Source: Podarcis melisellensis (taxonomy: Eukaryota). From it: a DNA stretch of 64,000 nucleotides. The notes beneath the pieces are model-generated. The model was not told the DNA's origin, made no database searches, and saw only the letters and a program-made list of their open reading frames with translations. The translations under genes were made by a program, and so were the position numbers. Positions 1-12,830 of this stretch are shown in pieces. The DNA is taken from assembly GCA_964234715.1 (NCBI GenBank), contig OZ174282.1, one strand, 5' to 3'. How positions within the stretch are numbered: the stretch's first letter is position 1; every line of letters starts with the position of its first letter.

Positions 1-516
1 AGTTACAAGGCTCATTTTGCAGAGACACTAATTAATGGCCCACCACATGGAAGTGAGGTGGAGTGGAATAAGATGACACCATGCATTATTCTGTTGGCAA
101 GTACATCATTCTAGTAATTAATGTAGGTGTCTTTTTTAAAAGAATGGATTAAGCAATATGGACAACACAAGCTCAGCTGTACCCTGCATTTAGCGCATTC
201 CAGACCTTCATCTCTGCTTAGACATTCATTTTCCGTCACAGTTTTTGCAGAGCTGTCCTAAGTCTACAGTTGGGGGTTTATCAGTAGGAAATGTTAAGGT
301 TTGTATCACATTTGAATTTCTGGTGATTCGTGTTCCTCACTAAGGGCATGGAACACTCAGTCATTAAACACTCATCTCACTCTTTACCTCATTTCTGCAT
401 CTTGGCTAATTAGGATCTTTTCTCTCATAGAATTAGTGTCCCACCTTTGTAACATCCTAAGGCAATAATTGCAGTGAAAGTATCTATTGGGTTGAAAACT
501 TGGAGAAAACCTACTA

Positions 517-742
517 CAGTGGTACCTCAGGTTACATACGCTTCAGGTTACAGACTCTGCTAACCCAGAAATAGTGCTTCAGGTTAAGAACTTTGCTTCA
601 GGATAAAAACAGAAATCATGCTCCGGCGGCGTGGCAGCAGTGTGAGGCCCCATTAGCTAAAGTGGTGCTTCAGGTTAAGAACAGTTTCAGGTTAAGAATA
701 GACCTCCAGAACGAATTAAGTACTTAACCCAAGGTACCACTG
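517..742 (+). mobile_element. Tc1/mariner-superfamily (Tigger/pogo-like) MITE, copy 1
   Basis: TIRs CAGTGGTACCT...AGGTACCACTG flanked by TA (515-516, 743-744); internal repeated CTTCAGGTTA motifs; homologous to 12089-12270 and 58262-58470. Confidence 0.9.
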
Positions 743-759
743 TACTGTTTGATATAAGC

Positions 760-3000
760 AGGAAGATTTAGAATACCAGGTCAACAAATGAGAGGTTGAC
801 AGTTCTGTCAGGAAAATATACAGGAAATTGAGATTGTTAACCCTGAACATATATATGAGATTGGTGTTTCCTGAAGATTTCCATGTAAAGCTCTGAAATC
901 ACTATTAATCAGTAGCAACCACATGTTTTGCAAAAGTCCGCCATACATTGCAGTAGACCTCAAGGCACAGCTATAGATGACTGCCACTCATGAATCTTGG
1001 GATATGATTTCTAAGGACTCCATTGACCCCTCCAACTCAACACCAGCTCTCTGCTGCCTGGCTTTAGGTTGCTCAGTCTCTCAGCAACGTGAAAGTAACT
1101 AAAAAGCAAGGTAATAGCACCCACAGGATATTTGACATTCCTAACAACCTAAACCTCCTCTGACATCACAGTAGTACAGCCACACATATCAAAGCAGGAA
1201 GTGAGTTAAGGACACTGGAAGGCTCACAACAGGGGAAGGCACTCACATTGCCCCTTGACTAGTTTTTTGAAAAGATGTCAGCTGATCAAAGAAAAGTATA
1301 GGCTCCAACTTTGGAGGAAGAAAAATAATACTTTTTGAAAGAAAGTATTTACACAAGTAAGGAGTCTATGAAATTTGGGGGCAAGGGAGGTTTGAGTGAA
1401 GGCCCAATCTTAATTGAGAGAGTCTGAAGGAGAATGGGAGGATATTCATGTCTGAGACATTCTCCTTAAGGACAATATCTCACAGACCATTCCTCCCCTC
1501 TCAATGCCAAAACAATCTTCAGGTTACTGTTGAAAAGTCAATTGCATTAGCTGTAGGCGTAAGAGAGTCCTGGGAACAACAATTTGGACACATAATAGCC
1601 GTGAGTGAAATCATTAAGCAAATTGAGGGATTCTTTACGTAATTGCCATGGGGAGGGGAGAACAGTCTACACATAATCTGATGCAACTCTTCCGTACAAC
1701 TGTCTCAGATGTATACAAGGACATTTTAGACAGAAATGTCTAATTGTGCTCTTTGCCAGTGACCAAAGAGTCTATGGAAGGCTCACTTCTATCTCCTTGT
1801 ACAGAACATCTTTAGGGGATACATTAGCTACTAGTGGTATGGAATTAAAGCAACTACTGAAGGATCAAACAAAGAAGCTGCAAGCTAGTTCTCCTGGGTC
1901 TACTCAGAGGACTTGTAGAGCTTACTGACAGACCTAGCCAGGGACATCTTAACATCTGCTGTTTATGAGCCTATATTAGAAAACTATTTATGGGGGGAAA
2001 TGAGACTGGACTTTCCATTTAATTCCAACAAGAATAAATATGGCACCCTTCTTGTCCTCCTCTGTAGTCACACCTTCCATATTTTATTTCTATGCACTGG
2101 TGCATTTCAGTTTTCCATTGTGTATGGACTGCCTCCTGCTCAGATATTGAAACAGATTAAACAGGCATAGTGTCACTGCAGTCTCAAAGCTCAGACTAAG
2201 AAATGGAAATGCTTAGTCCAAGTTTAAGGATGCCAAGATCAGGACAAGGAGTTCAGAACTGCAAAGAAGCAATGGAGTTGTCACAGCGGATTGACATGGT
2301 CTCCCACCAAGCTTTTAAAACTGAGGCAAGTTTACACAGAAGACTCTTGTGCCTTGCAGGAATGCTGAGCGTCCAGATGTATCAAGGATGTGTCTGTTCC
2401 TAGTGACAGTCCTGGGCAACCAAACTGTACCCTCCCCTTCTGACTATGGTTATTCCACCCCCAGCAGTTCATCTACGCCCTCCCCAGACCTCTTTGGTGT
2501 AACAGGATTCCTGTCTTACCATTCAGAGCTGCTGGATTCTGGAAGAGGGGAATACCCAACTCCTCTAGTCTCTGTTCCCTGGTCTCAGCCCCCACCCCCC
2601 ATTTGTCCTCCTCCCTCCTTGTTCTCCACAGCCTGCCAATCCAAGCTGAGCCCTATGACTCAGGATGAATGACAGAGAATACTTTAATGATATATATAAA
2701 TGGGTGTTGGAAGAAAAACTATACAAACTGTGGTCATTGCAACTAGATTACATTATGGGATCCAGCGACAAACAGGAAAAATTCCTGGACCAAATCAAAA
2801 CCAACTACAAAAAGGATTTGTATTAAAGGCAATTTTAGTTCCATCACTGCTAGATGTATTTCTGCAAACCCAATTGGATCATTTTACATTTCAAAACCCT
2901 CAAATAAAGAAACTATGAAAGATGAACTGGAATCAAGTGAAAACAAACCCTAGTCCTCCTAATTATTCTCTATTTGGCAAATTAACTATACCCAATAACA
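760..3000 (+). mobile_element. Possible highly decayed L1/Tx1-like LINE remnant
   Basis: Only faint peptide traces in different frames (FPEDFHVKL ~868, VRESWEQQFGHII ~1559, FHCVWT ~2113, WVLEEKL ~2701) in an order compatible with LINE ORF2; no intact RT motif. Confidence 0.25.
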
Positions 3001-3364
3001 CAAAAGAAGATCTAGCTAGAAATTTGCTGCCATTTGGGTAGGGAAAAGGGGAGGGGGCTATACTGTAGTTTTATCTTTCTTCTGGTAAGATGACAAAACT
3101 GACGCCTTGAAAACTGTTTGCATATGAAGAATACATTGTCTCCAAAAGGATACCTGAGAGCAAGTGGTGGCCTTGAAATACCTCTCTTTCTCCCAAAGCA
3201 AACATCACCTACAAATAACTATGGGAAAATCTACAGTCAAATTATTAGGGGTTTCTCAGATCACAAGATTCTACGTAGGACAAAGCAGTAACATCATGAA
3301 ACAAAACAAAACTGGATTCCAATCTCCGGTTGTCCTTGAATAATGATGACTACACTATAACTTA

Positions 3365-3685
3365 GACCCATTCTACATCATGCATATGAAGCATTATTAT
3401 AAATCCCTTTAAACAGTCATGGCTTCTCCCACAGAATTCTGAATATTGTAATTTGCTAAGGGTGCTAAGTGTTGTTAGGAAATCCTGCTCCCCTCAAGAG
3501 TTACAGTTCCCAGATTGGTTTAATTTCAATCCCTCTTCCCAGGAGACTCTGGGACCTGTAGTTCTGTGTTGGGAATTAGGACACCTCTCAACACCCTAAC
3601 AAACTACAACTCCCAGGATTTTTTTTGGGGGGAGCTATGAGTGTTAAATTGCTATAAAATTTCACTGTGTGGTACAGATGTGGCC
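3365..3685. mobile_element. PIF/Harbinger-type fold-back MITE (lizard family)
   Basis: Imperfect palindrome with termini GACCCATTCTACA...TACAGATGTGGCC and TTA/TCA 3-bp flanks; similar to 10841-11036 and 52454-52718. Confidence 0.7.
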
Positions 3686-3739
3686 TCATTGGGCCTCACA
3701 CAAGTGTCTTAGGCAAGCCACAAGCAGTGCCAGCTCTTT

Positions 3740-3890
3740 AAAGTGCATCTAACACATATTTAAAGCATGTGACTTCCCCCAAAGAATCCTGTAGTTTCCC
3801 CCCTCACAAAACTTCAACCCCCAGCAAGCTTTGCAAACTTCAGTATCTAAGATTCCCAGGGGGAAATCATGTGCTTTAAATGTGCATCAT
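3740..3890. mobile_element. Degenerate short copy of the same fold-back MITE family
   Basis: TTTAAAGCATGTGACTTCCCCCAAAGAATCCT...GGGGAAATCATGTGCTTTAAA inverted arms. Confidence 0.55.
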
Positions 3891-4179
3891 GTTCTTACAG
3901 TGTTTTTTAAAGGATGATTCACATATGTATTTGCACCACAAATTACTCAACACTAGATTACTTGCAGCTAAATATGTGAACAGACACAACAGGAATGCGT
4001 TGGGATATGAAAACTGTCTGTTGGTGCTTCCAGGTGCATGCTTATTGTTCTTTGCAGCATCCATACAATGCTGTGGGTATCAAAATGCCAGCCAGTGGTT
4101 TCCTCTAATTTAATCCATGTGCGATAGCTCAATGACCTGCTTGCAATATTAAGCCCTCAGTGATGTTTGATTTATGATA

Positions 4180-4262
4180 GTTCATCCATAATATGCCTAT
4201 TTACTCAAAAGGAAGCACCATAGAGTTCAATGAGACAGGAGTGTGTATAGGATTGCAACCTT
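4180..4262. mobile_element. ~85-bp reptile palindromic MITE (GGTTGCAATCCTAT...ATAGGATTGCA type), degenerate
   Basis: Ends ATAGGATTGCAACC; related copies at ~20424-20508 and ~54255-54345. Confidence 0.5.
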
Positions 4263-5957
4263 ATGTTGCGTGTGATGATGATTCTGTAATAAATGTGCCC
4301 GTATGAATGTGATCATGTGCAAAGCTTCAGACAAAATCTGACTCCTATTCCATTGTCAAATCTATTGTACTGAGGATCTCTGCAGCTTGATTAGAAAATA
4401 TGGTGTATTTATTGGTATATCTGACATGATCAGCATGCAGGAATGAATAGGTTCAATTTTAGGTTGAATTACATTCCAGTATAGCAGTGCTGAGAAGTTG
4501 CTGTTTCCATAAATATAATGAAGCAAGGGTTTCTGTATCCCACTCAACAGATTCTCTGGCTGAAGCCTAGTATTTCAAATCACCCAGAGCTGAGCTTTGA
4601 CTTGTAGAGATCACTTCTGCCCTGCCTTTAAGCCTGATCTTTATACACATGCATGTGTGTGCATTTGCACACACACGTGTCTGTGTGTGTGTGTGTATTT
4701 CATAGATACTGTATATTAAAGAAATGTCAGTAGGTTCTACCTAAAGATGTAATTATTGTACACTGCAATATCTACTTTGGTATAATTTCTGCTTTTCAGA
4801 ATTTCCCCCCCACCTTCTTGCTTTTAATGCTCAAACCAACCTCTGTGGTAAAACTTCAGGCTGGTGGCAATTAGGGCCACTCCAAGATGGCCAACTCCTC
4901 CATCACTGCGGGTACTGCAATATAACCCTCTCTGTCTCCTAATGCCTTTTTCCTCCCTGGAATTCTGGGGAGGGATTGGATTGATCTTCCACAGCAGTAA
5001 AGAGCAGAAGCAGGTCATGCCATTGTGGCTAACCTGAACACTGGCTGAGCTAGTGAAAGGGATGCTCTTTGCATTCTCTTATTTACACTAGCTTCATGCA
5101 TTTGCTTGGGAACCAGCTGGGGCCTATCCCTAGGTAACTAGGAGGAGTGTTGTGGCTGCCAAATGGTGCCCAGACACAGTGAGGATGTAAGCAATTAGCA
5201 GAGCCGCCCCTCCTGTAGCTCGATTCACTCGGTGTGTTCCCTGCACATTTTTTGCAGCTGTGACTTGAAACTGGGATTCTTCTTGTGGTCCATAGACAGC
5301 TGCTTTACTGGGAAGCCAAAAGGAAGCTTTTCTGCAATGGAGCCAGATGCAGCTGAGCTAAGGTTTTCTCAGTTGGAATTCACTTTTTCTACATATCTTG
5401 CTCTGGCTTCAAACAGCATAAACAAAGAACAATGCATCTGAAGCTGAGATGCACCTTATAGGGAGACGCCCAAAGACCCTCTGTAACTCACTTTCTTTTA
5501 TGTAGATGGCATTAAAAACTGACATGGTCCCTGCATTTAAAACCTTCCTCAGTAAATTCCAAGATATTCAAACACGCTAAATCGAATATACATTATAGAT
5601 TTTTCTCCTTTGAACTGTATTTGACATTTCAAAATCCATCATAGTGAATTTAAGTTCCAAGTTTGCAAAACAAATATTTGTGAGTCAGAATTGAAATACA
5701 AATATCAAATGCATCGGTCAGAATTTGATCCCTTCATTGGCATTTGAGTCCCTATATTTCAGGTCAAACTTGTGTTGAAGCATATTTAGTTGAAACTAAG
5801 TCCCGCTGACTCCCTGGTTAATGTGCAGAGGAATGCCACCTTAACACACCATTCACACAATGCACCAGTGAATAAAAATAGCTATTCAGCAAAGACCTAT
5901 TTCAATCTGGATTTTGTCGTATTTCATAATGAGATGTCATAATGCCATGTCAGCTTT

Positions 5958-6280
5958 AAGAGCGTAAGAAAAATCCTGATGGATCTGACCAGTGGCACAT
6001 CTAGGCTAGCCATCCTGTTCTCTTATAGCACTCTGCTCACTTAAAATTCCCAGGAACTGGCATTCAAAGGCATTTACTGTCTCTAACATTGGAGGTAGAA
6101 CGTAGCCTTATCCACCATGAATTTGTCTAATCCTCTCTGAAAACCATCCTGGATGGTGGTCATCACGGCCTCTTATAGGAGTGAATTTCACAGTTGAACT
6201 ATATGTTGTATGACAGATTTTCTCTTGTTTGCACAGAATCTTCCCACATTCAGCTTCACTTAATTTCTCCAGGTTCTATG
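5958..6280 (-). mobile_element. CR1-type LINE 3' fragment
   Basis: Reverse complement resembles the CR1 3' ends at 23080-23288 and 34520-34745 (GAGAACAGGATG...CTAGATG...GATCCA...CTTA). Confidence 0.65.
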
Positions 6281-6309
6281 AAGCCTCTTATATCACCATA
6301 GTAAACATA

Positions 6310-6460
6310 ATGAAGATGGTGGACTCTCCTTCGTTGGATGTTGTTAAGCAGACGTTGGATGGTCATCTCTCAGGGATACTTTAGCTGCAATTCCTACATT
6401 GCAGGAGGCTGCGCTAGATGGCAGGGGGTCCCTTCCAACTCTACAGTTCTATGATTCTAT
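6310..6460 (+). mobile_element. CR1 LINE 3' end
   Basis: GGTCCCTTCCAACTCTACAGTTCTATGATTCTA, the canonical CR1 3' stem plus (ATTCTATG)n tail. Confidence 0.85.
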
Positions 6461-6620
6461 ATACTAAGTCAAATGACTGGTCCACCTAGCCCTGTATTGC
6501 CAACACTGACTAGCAGTGGCTTTCTAGTCTAAAGTAGAACTTTTGGAAAGCTTTTACCTGGGAATGCTTGGAACCTTGTGCACTGAAAGAATGCACTCTG
6601 TCACCAACTACAAATTACCA
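6458..6620 (-). mobile_element. tRNA-derived SINE with CR1-like tail (Squam2-like), degenerate
   Basis: Similar to the copies at 20152-20315 and 60479-60676. Confidence 0.55.
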
Positions 6621-6904
6621 TGCACACAAGGAACCTGTGTCCAAGTGAGAAAGACATTTTTATCCTTAGAACTGAAAGCCTGGGCTCAGAAGCAAAGATC
6701 TTTCCAGCAAGGACAAATATTTGCATAACAGCACTTTGTGAGTGCGCACCTGATTATTATCGCTTGGAGTGTAACAATTGTTCAGCAGTTGCCCGACTCC
6801 ACTGCCATAGCAATACCTCTCTCCCTTCCTTAGATCTATTAGTTCGCAAAAGCAAAAGCCACAGTCTGTTCAGATATTAAGAGTAAATAAGTGATGCACA
6901 GGGA

Positions 6905-7025
6905 CTTAATAATAATATTGCTAAGCACTTCTACAGCACTTTATATATCCAGAGTGCTGTACAAACATTAATTAATTAATCCTTACAACAACCTGCAAAG
7001 TACGTAAGTATATTTTCCATATTAG
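6905..7025 (-). mobile_element. MIR/CORE-SINE (MIR1_Amn-like) fragment
   Basis: AATAATA...AGCACTT..ACAGCACTTT...AGTGCT..ACAAACATTAATTAATTAATCCT.ACAACA pattern typical of reverse-strand MIR 3' ends; similar to 26720-26870. Confidence 0.55.
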
Positions 7026-7689
7026 CACCAAATCCACCGCTCGCGTAAGCGGAAGCTTTGCTTACTTCAGCAGAGTTTCTCCAATTGACACCACCAAAGC
7101 TTGCTTTGGCCCTTGAAAGCACGAGTGATTAAGGGCCCAAGGACACACACTGAGTTCGGATTACACTTCAAGTGTTCTTGACTCCTGCTGCGCCAATTCA
7201 TAATACTCATCTAGGACAGCAGTAGAAACAAACACTTTCATTCTCATGCATGGGCAGTGGAAAACACTGCAAAAAGACTACTTAAAAATGAAATCACACT
7301 ACAGAGGACTACCAAGGGTCAGTTTGTGCATGCACATATATCATTTCATTGGTCATCTTTCAATTTCTTGATGGCTTGTGTGAGTGAGCTCTCTCGGACT
7401 CTAGTGCACTTGAGGTGACATGAACATTTTATCTGTGGTGGCTGGACATGTGGCTGATTCTCAAGGGAAGGACATAAATGTGTGAACTAGCCCACCGATA
7501 CATATTATTAGAATTGCATACGCAAAATAGGCAAACTCCTGCCCTCAAGGAGCTTACAATGCAAGGCAGACAATGAGAAAACAAAAGAGATGGGGAAATA
7601 TTGGAAGCCGTTTCCTGTTTTATACCTACAGATCAGAAATCACAAATAAGACTATTTCTGCATCTGGTTCAGGCTGTGTATAAAAAACA

Positions 7690-7860
7690 CTATGCATCAA
7701 AAGCACATTTGAAGCACATCCTTTCCCTCAAACAATTCTGGGCACTGCAGGTTACCCCTAACAGAGTAACAACATCCAGCAACCCTTAACAAACAAAATG
7801 CACAGAATTCTTTGAGGGAAATAATGTGCATCAAATGAGCTTTTAAGGTACTGTGTGTCT
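7690..7860. mobile_element. Degenerate PIF/Harbinger-type fold-back MITE copy
   Basis: TTTCCCTCAAACAATTCTG...CAGAATTCTTTGAGGGAAA inverted arms; same family as 3365-3685. Confidence 0.55.
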
Positions 7861-7865
7861 CAGTA

Positions 7866-8733
7866 TTTAGCCCTCTCAAACCTGGTGCCCTCCAGATGTT
7901 TTGTACAACAGCTCTCACCATCCCTGGTCATTGGCCACACATGTGTCAAGTTAAGTCTTCTTCGCATCTCAAACCAGGGGTCTCCTCAGAGGAACAGCAG
8001 GGGAAACAGTCCCCCACCCCCAGCAAATCTCCACACTGTCACTAACTCTGAAGAGCCATTAGATATGGATATCCCTGCCCACATTAGCTTCCTGGGTTCC
8101 TGCCTTACTCTCAATTGCACCCTTACCTCCCCTAGGGCCACAGGAGAAAAGGACAGTGAGCCAGGCTTGTACTTCAGGGGTGTTGTCAAAAAGCCTGGCT
8201 AGTTGCTCAGGAGGCTGCTCAGGAGGAAGGGGAAGTACAGGGAAGCTCTTACCTCGGTCAGACTGAGAGCCAGGAAGAGGTGGACTGGTGGTGGCTGGTC
8301 CCCATTGGGACTGAAAGGGCAGAAGGCAGGGAGGCCAACAGTAGGTGGTACCAGAGCCAATGAGAGGCAGAGCAACTAATTCTAGTTTTGTCCCTGTCCT
8401 CCTCCCTGCTGAGTTCTACAACGGCAACACTAAAACTGAGGATGAAGCTGACATGTTGTGCCACCCCCTGGACTGGTCATAAAGAAGGCAGGCAGGCAGG
8501 TGAAGGCTGGCTGTGGGGCAGACTGAGGTTGGTGGGGAAGTTCCCAATTTGCACAAATGGACCAGCCTTCACTGGTGGAACCTCTAGCTCTTAAAAAGCT
8601 CCCATCTGAGCTGCTTTATCCCTGAAAAAGTTCCATTCCGGTTGCCAAGCTCTCGACCTGGGGAAATATACACTGGAGTTGTTGGCAGTTGGAGTCCAGC
8701 AACATCTGGAGGGCACCAGGTTAGGCAACACTG
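7866..8733. mobile_element. Palindromic hAT MITE split by a ~730-bp insertion
   Basis: Left arm AACCTGGTGCCCTCCAGATGTT (~7879-7900) and right arm AACATCTGGAGGGCACCAGGTT (~8701-8722) are exact reverse complements; same family as the intact 136-bp copy at 25094-25229. Confidence 0.7.
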
Positions 8734-8744
8734 ACCTACTTTAG

Positions 8745-8885
8745 CTGGTAATGGATCTCGAGAGTCTCAGGCAAAAGAATTGTTCAATTTCTGCTACCCA
8801 GTCCTTTTAACTGGAAAAGCTAGAGACTGATTCTGGGACCGTCTGCATGCATGGCAAGCACACAACCCCTGAGCTATGCTCCCCT
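8745..8885 (-). mobile_element. tRNA-derived SINE (Squam2-like), degenerate
   Basis: CTGGGACCGTCTGCATGC...CTGAGCTATG is the reverse complement of a tRNA-Ala-like head. Confidence 0.5.
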
Positions 8886-10840
8886 GCAAGACGGTATTCT
8901 GATATTAAGCATGCCAGATCCAAAACTTGCCCCTACAAGGGTATTTATCCCCATCTCAATGCTCTCTTGATAAATAGAAAGCCCTGGATAAAACATTGGA
9001 GGCCACTGCTCATGTGACGTGGTGTCTGGTTAACAGATGTGCCTAACAAAAGTCAAAATTCTGAAAAATGATCCCCTAAATAACAGGGTTCCTTATTCCC
9101 AAGCAAACAAGGCAGGGCATGTCAGTCCAAATGTTCAGAGGAATGTTAATGCTCCCATAGGATGCTTGCTTTGAACTACAGTATTTGCTGATGCGATATC
9201 CTGGGTTCGTGCTTGTCATGTGCCATAGCTCTCTTCCACTGTCATAGTGATTTCTTAACCTATTCCAAGCATTTATTTGCTGAGCCAAAGGCTGTCTGGA
9301 AAAGGAACTGCCTGCAGGAAATCGGCATGTTATAGCTATACTGTTCTTCTGCGCAAAATGTAAAAGGACATTTTTGCAGCTGGAAGAGGAGGAGGGTCCA
9401 GAGCTGACAGAGGGGTGACCGGAGTGTCCTATTTGCCACTGTTTGGACCTACTGGGAAACTCATCAAACCAAACCTACTGTAGCCTGAAGCTGGATGTGT
9501 GTAGAACAACTGACTGGGACCCTGTTGCCTGAGGAAGCACCACCCACCTCAGTGCCTGCCTGTAAAAGCAATCCTAGAGGGAGGTACTAGGGTGATGTCA
9601 GCAGGTTCCAAAAACTCTTCATTGTGAGATTTGGGGGGATGATCTGTGACAATAGCCAGGAAGCAGAGAGGTGTTGAGTGGAGAGGTATTTTGGAAGGAG
9701 GAGGCAACGTTATCCATCTATATATATTAGTATTTTGGATGAATGGATTTATTATGTAATCCTGTATTATTTGCAGTTGTTTAAGTTTTGCATACATTAG
9801 AGATATTGTGGTACAGAAATGGTAGAAATATATAGTTTTAATATGTCTGTATCTTCCTGATGAAGAACTATCATAACCTAACTGGTGCCTGTTGGGCAGA
9901 TTCTTACACCTGCCTGGATCACTTAGTACTGTACCTTCTCCAGAATCCTGTTCCTAATAACAATCATCCAAATACATCTGGAAGAAGCCAAAATAAGTTT
10001 ATGAATGTGACAAGTGCCTACTCTTGCTTCTTTTTTGCACATCATTCTCAGAGATATACTGGAATTGCTCAGAGGTAAGCAGACATTCAAGGAGGCTCAT
10101 TTACCTATCATGGCTAACTGTGGTTTCCCCTCAGATTTGCTTGGAATTTAATGTAGCCATGAAAGGGAAGTGTCCTTAGTGGATCTTGCAGTTTGCCCAG
10201 TCTAATAACTACACCTCAATGCAACACCCAAACCTTCATTTTATTTTGAGTTAATTTCAAACACAAAACACCAGCCTTTAATAATCAAAGTACTTAATAG
10301 TTAAGTCCCATCATTTCAGAATACCTGCAGGTTGTCTGACGAACCAGACATCCCATATTCACCCATCTCTAATGATGATTATTATGCACCAACAGCTGTC
10401 TATATTTGAATGACTGAGGTTCTAATTGATCTCATTATCTCTCCTTTTATAAGGTGAAGAATGTTCTCACTCAGTAGGACTACAGTTCCCAGGCCCTGTC
10501 AAGCAAATCTGGCAGCCAACCATTCAATCATACCATTTTTTTTGGTCTGGTTCTCAGTTAGTCAAAAATAACAGGATAAGTGCACTGTCGTATAACATAT
10601 ACAATCTACTATAGCCTTTGACTTCCCAGTTTCATATCAAATATTTTTAAAGAATCTTCTGATTACTTTATCATAGAAAGCAAGAGCATGTTTCAGTCAG
10701 ATTTTCATTCTTTTACACCTAATTATTATTTTTAGTGATGCTATGGTGCACAACTCCTACCCACTCTTAATGCCCTGCCAGATTTCATTTTAATGCCATC
10801 TGTATGGCACCAAGCTTCTTCTATTTCTGCTGGAATGTTA

Positions 10841-11036
10841 GGTCACAGCCACACTACACATTTAAGACCCATTTAAAGCATACGGTTTCCCTCGAAGAAT
10901 GCTGGGGACCGTAGTTTATCTCTCACAGTGCAAAAATCCCCTGCACCCTTAAACTGCAGCTCCCAGGATTACTGGAGGGAAGCCATGACTGCTAAAGTGG
11001 TATAATGTGGTTTAAATCTATGGTGCAGTTGTGAAC
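10841..11036. mobile_element. PIF/Harbinger-type fold-back MITE
   Basis: Termini GGTCACAGCCACAC / GGTGCAGTTGTGAAC, TTA/TCA flanks, inverted internal arms. Confidence 0.65.
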
Positions 11037-11761
11037 TCATTCAGGATACCATTCCTGAAGCATTGAGCACATCCATGCTCTGGTGACAACAATCCATAGA
11101 CTGATTCTTGTGGCAGCGAGTCCAGTTATCTTTAGAATGCCAGACACAAAGCAATAAACCTCACAGGACATTTTCACATTAAATATATGTTTGAGACTCT
11201 AATGCCATGTGCCCCTGGGAATGCTGTTAATGGACTATATAAAACAGGAGACTGGCACTTCTGAAACCAATGTACACTCTAACCAGTATAGATTTCACAA
11301 TTGTCTTTCAGATGCAGAATTTTTAAAAAAACAACTCCCCCAAAAAAAACCCTTCTTCTTTGTTACTTTGATAAGTAAAAATGTGCACTGTGTGGCTGAA
11401 TAGGTAAAGCTCATTATCTTTCATCCTAAACTACCGTGTCATAGTCAGCATAATATAAAAAGGCTATATTACAACTTGCCTTGAGCTCTTAGTGTGGGGA
11501 GGGGTAGGCAATCTAAATAAATCAGTTTAGATTTCTTCCGTCTTTTTTAGTTAGTGAACCTTGTCATTACTGGATAGTATAGGTTGAGTTGGCATACGTG
11601 TGTATGCTCCATAGGAATGGGTCATTTTCAGAACTTCTATTTTGTTAGACACATGTATTAACCAGGCACCTCATCATCTTACACAAGTAATAGCCTCCAT
11701 GTTTTATTCAACACATGCTATTTATTAAATGAGCTTCCTGCAGAAGTCCTACCTAGGGTGT

Positions 11762-11930
11762 GAGAAGGCAGGCTGTAGCTCTTTAGAGAACATGCTTTCA
11801 AACAGGAGGCCCAAGTCTCAACCCGGGCATCTCTAGGTATGGTTAGGGGTTGTCTGAAACCTTGGAGAGCTTCTACCAGTCAGAAGAGGCAATAAGTAAA
11901 CTGGATGAACTAATGACCAGACTATGCAAG
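11762..11930 (+). mobile_element. tRNA-derived SINE with CR1-like tail (Squam2-like)
   Basis: GGCTGTAGCTC...GGCATCTCTAGGTA...CTGAAACCTTGGAGAGC...CCAGTCAG; forward counterpart of 60479-60676. Confidence 0.65.
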
Positions 11931-11971
11931 ACAGGATACGTTGTAGGGTTTGGATTAGGCACATTTCATCA

Positions 11972-12276
11972 CAGGGCTGGAAGAACTGTGACCCTTCAAA
12001 TGTTGTTGGACTACAAGTCCTATAATTTCTCATCATTTGCCATGCTGGCCAGCACTGATATGTGCTGGAAGCCTGCAGATTCACCATACAGTGGTACTTC
12101 GGGTTAAGTACTTAATTCGTTCCAGAGGTCCATTCTTATGGGGCCTCCCGCAGCTGCCGCGCCGCCGCCACGTGATTTCTGTTCTCATCCTGAAGCAAAG
12201 TTCTTAACCCGAGGTACTATTTCTGGGTTAGCGGAGTCTGTAACCTGAAGTGTAATCCAAGGTACCACTGTACTTG
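11972..12276. mobile_element. Palindromic hAT MITE (degenerate) interrupted near its right end by a Tc1/mariner MITE
   Basis: Starts CAGGGCTGGAAGAA...AAATGTTGTTGGACTACAA; right end TTCACCATA|CTTG is split at the TA; decayed 8-bp flanks TTTCATCA/CTTTATCG. Confidence 0.55.
12089..12270 (-). mobile_element. Tc1/mariner MITE, copy 2 (internally deleted)
   Basis: TA-CAGTGGTAC...GGTACCACTG-TA; reverse-complement homology to 517-742. Confidence 0.9.
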
Positions 12277-12344
12277 CTTTATCGTATCAGGAAACTATCA
12301 TTCAGATTCCCCCTTTTAGTGAGATCCAAGCAGGACAGCTTGTG

Positions 12345-12830
12345 TATGCATGCAGGTCAACAACTATTTTTCACCCTCCGAAGACATACAACACACAATT
12401 CAAAACACCAGCATTAAAACCAAATTAAAACTATAGAAGGCTAAAAACATCTAAAGGATGATAATCTAAAAACAATTAAAATCTAATAGAATTAAAATAA
12501 TGTAGAAAACAAAATACAGAGAATAGAAACTGCACAGCACTGTCCTGAAAAGGAAAAAAACCACATTCAATCCCCAAAAGCTGATTAAAATAAAACCCAT
12601 TGTCACCTGCTGGTGGGAGGGCTATAAGAGGGGAGCAAGTCTAGCTTCTCTAGGAAGACTAACTTCTCTAGGAAGGAAGTTCCAAAATCTGGAAGCATCC
12701 ACTGAAAAGGCCCTCTCCTGTGTCCTCACCAAATGGGCCTGAGAGAAGTACCTCCCACAAAGATCTCAGAGTCCAGGCAGGTTCATGGAGGAGAATGTGG
12801 TCCTTCAGATAGCCTGGGCCTGTGCTGTAT
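12345..12830 (-). mobile_element. L2 LINE 3' end
   Basis: A-rich tail region followed by TTCCAAAATCTGG..GCATCCACTGAAAAGGCCCTCTCC...GGTCCTTCAGATA.CCTGGGCC, typical of reverse-strand squamate L2 3' ends. Confidence 0.7.

Noticed and set aside
540-700. Regularly spaced CTTCAGGTTA repeats superficially resembling a repeat-spacer array
   Set aside because: Internal subterminal repeats of a TA-flanked MITE, repeated in other copies; eukaryotic context and no cas genes, so not CRISPR.
9270-9655. GC-richer LTR-like blocks (also ~27900-28150 and ~33620-33880)
   Set aside because: No paired LTRs, primer-binding site, TSD or gag/pol traces could be verified by eye.
12640-12678. Short direct duplications (also ~21096-21120, ~29022-29043, ~63438-63462)
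   Set aside because: Ordinary 11-18-bp slippage duplications with no sign of function.
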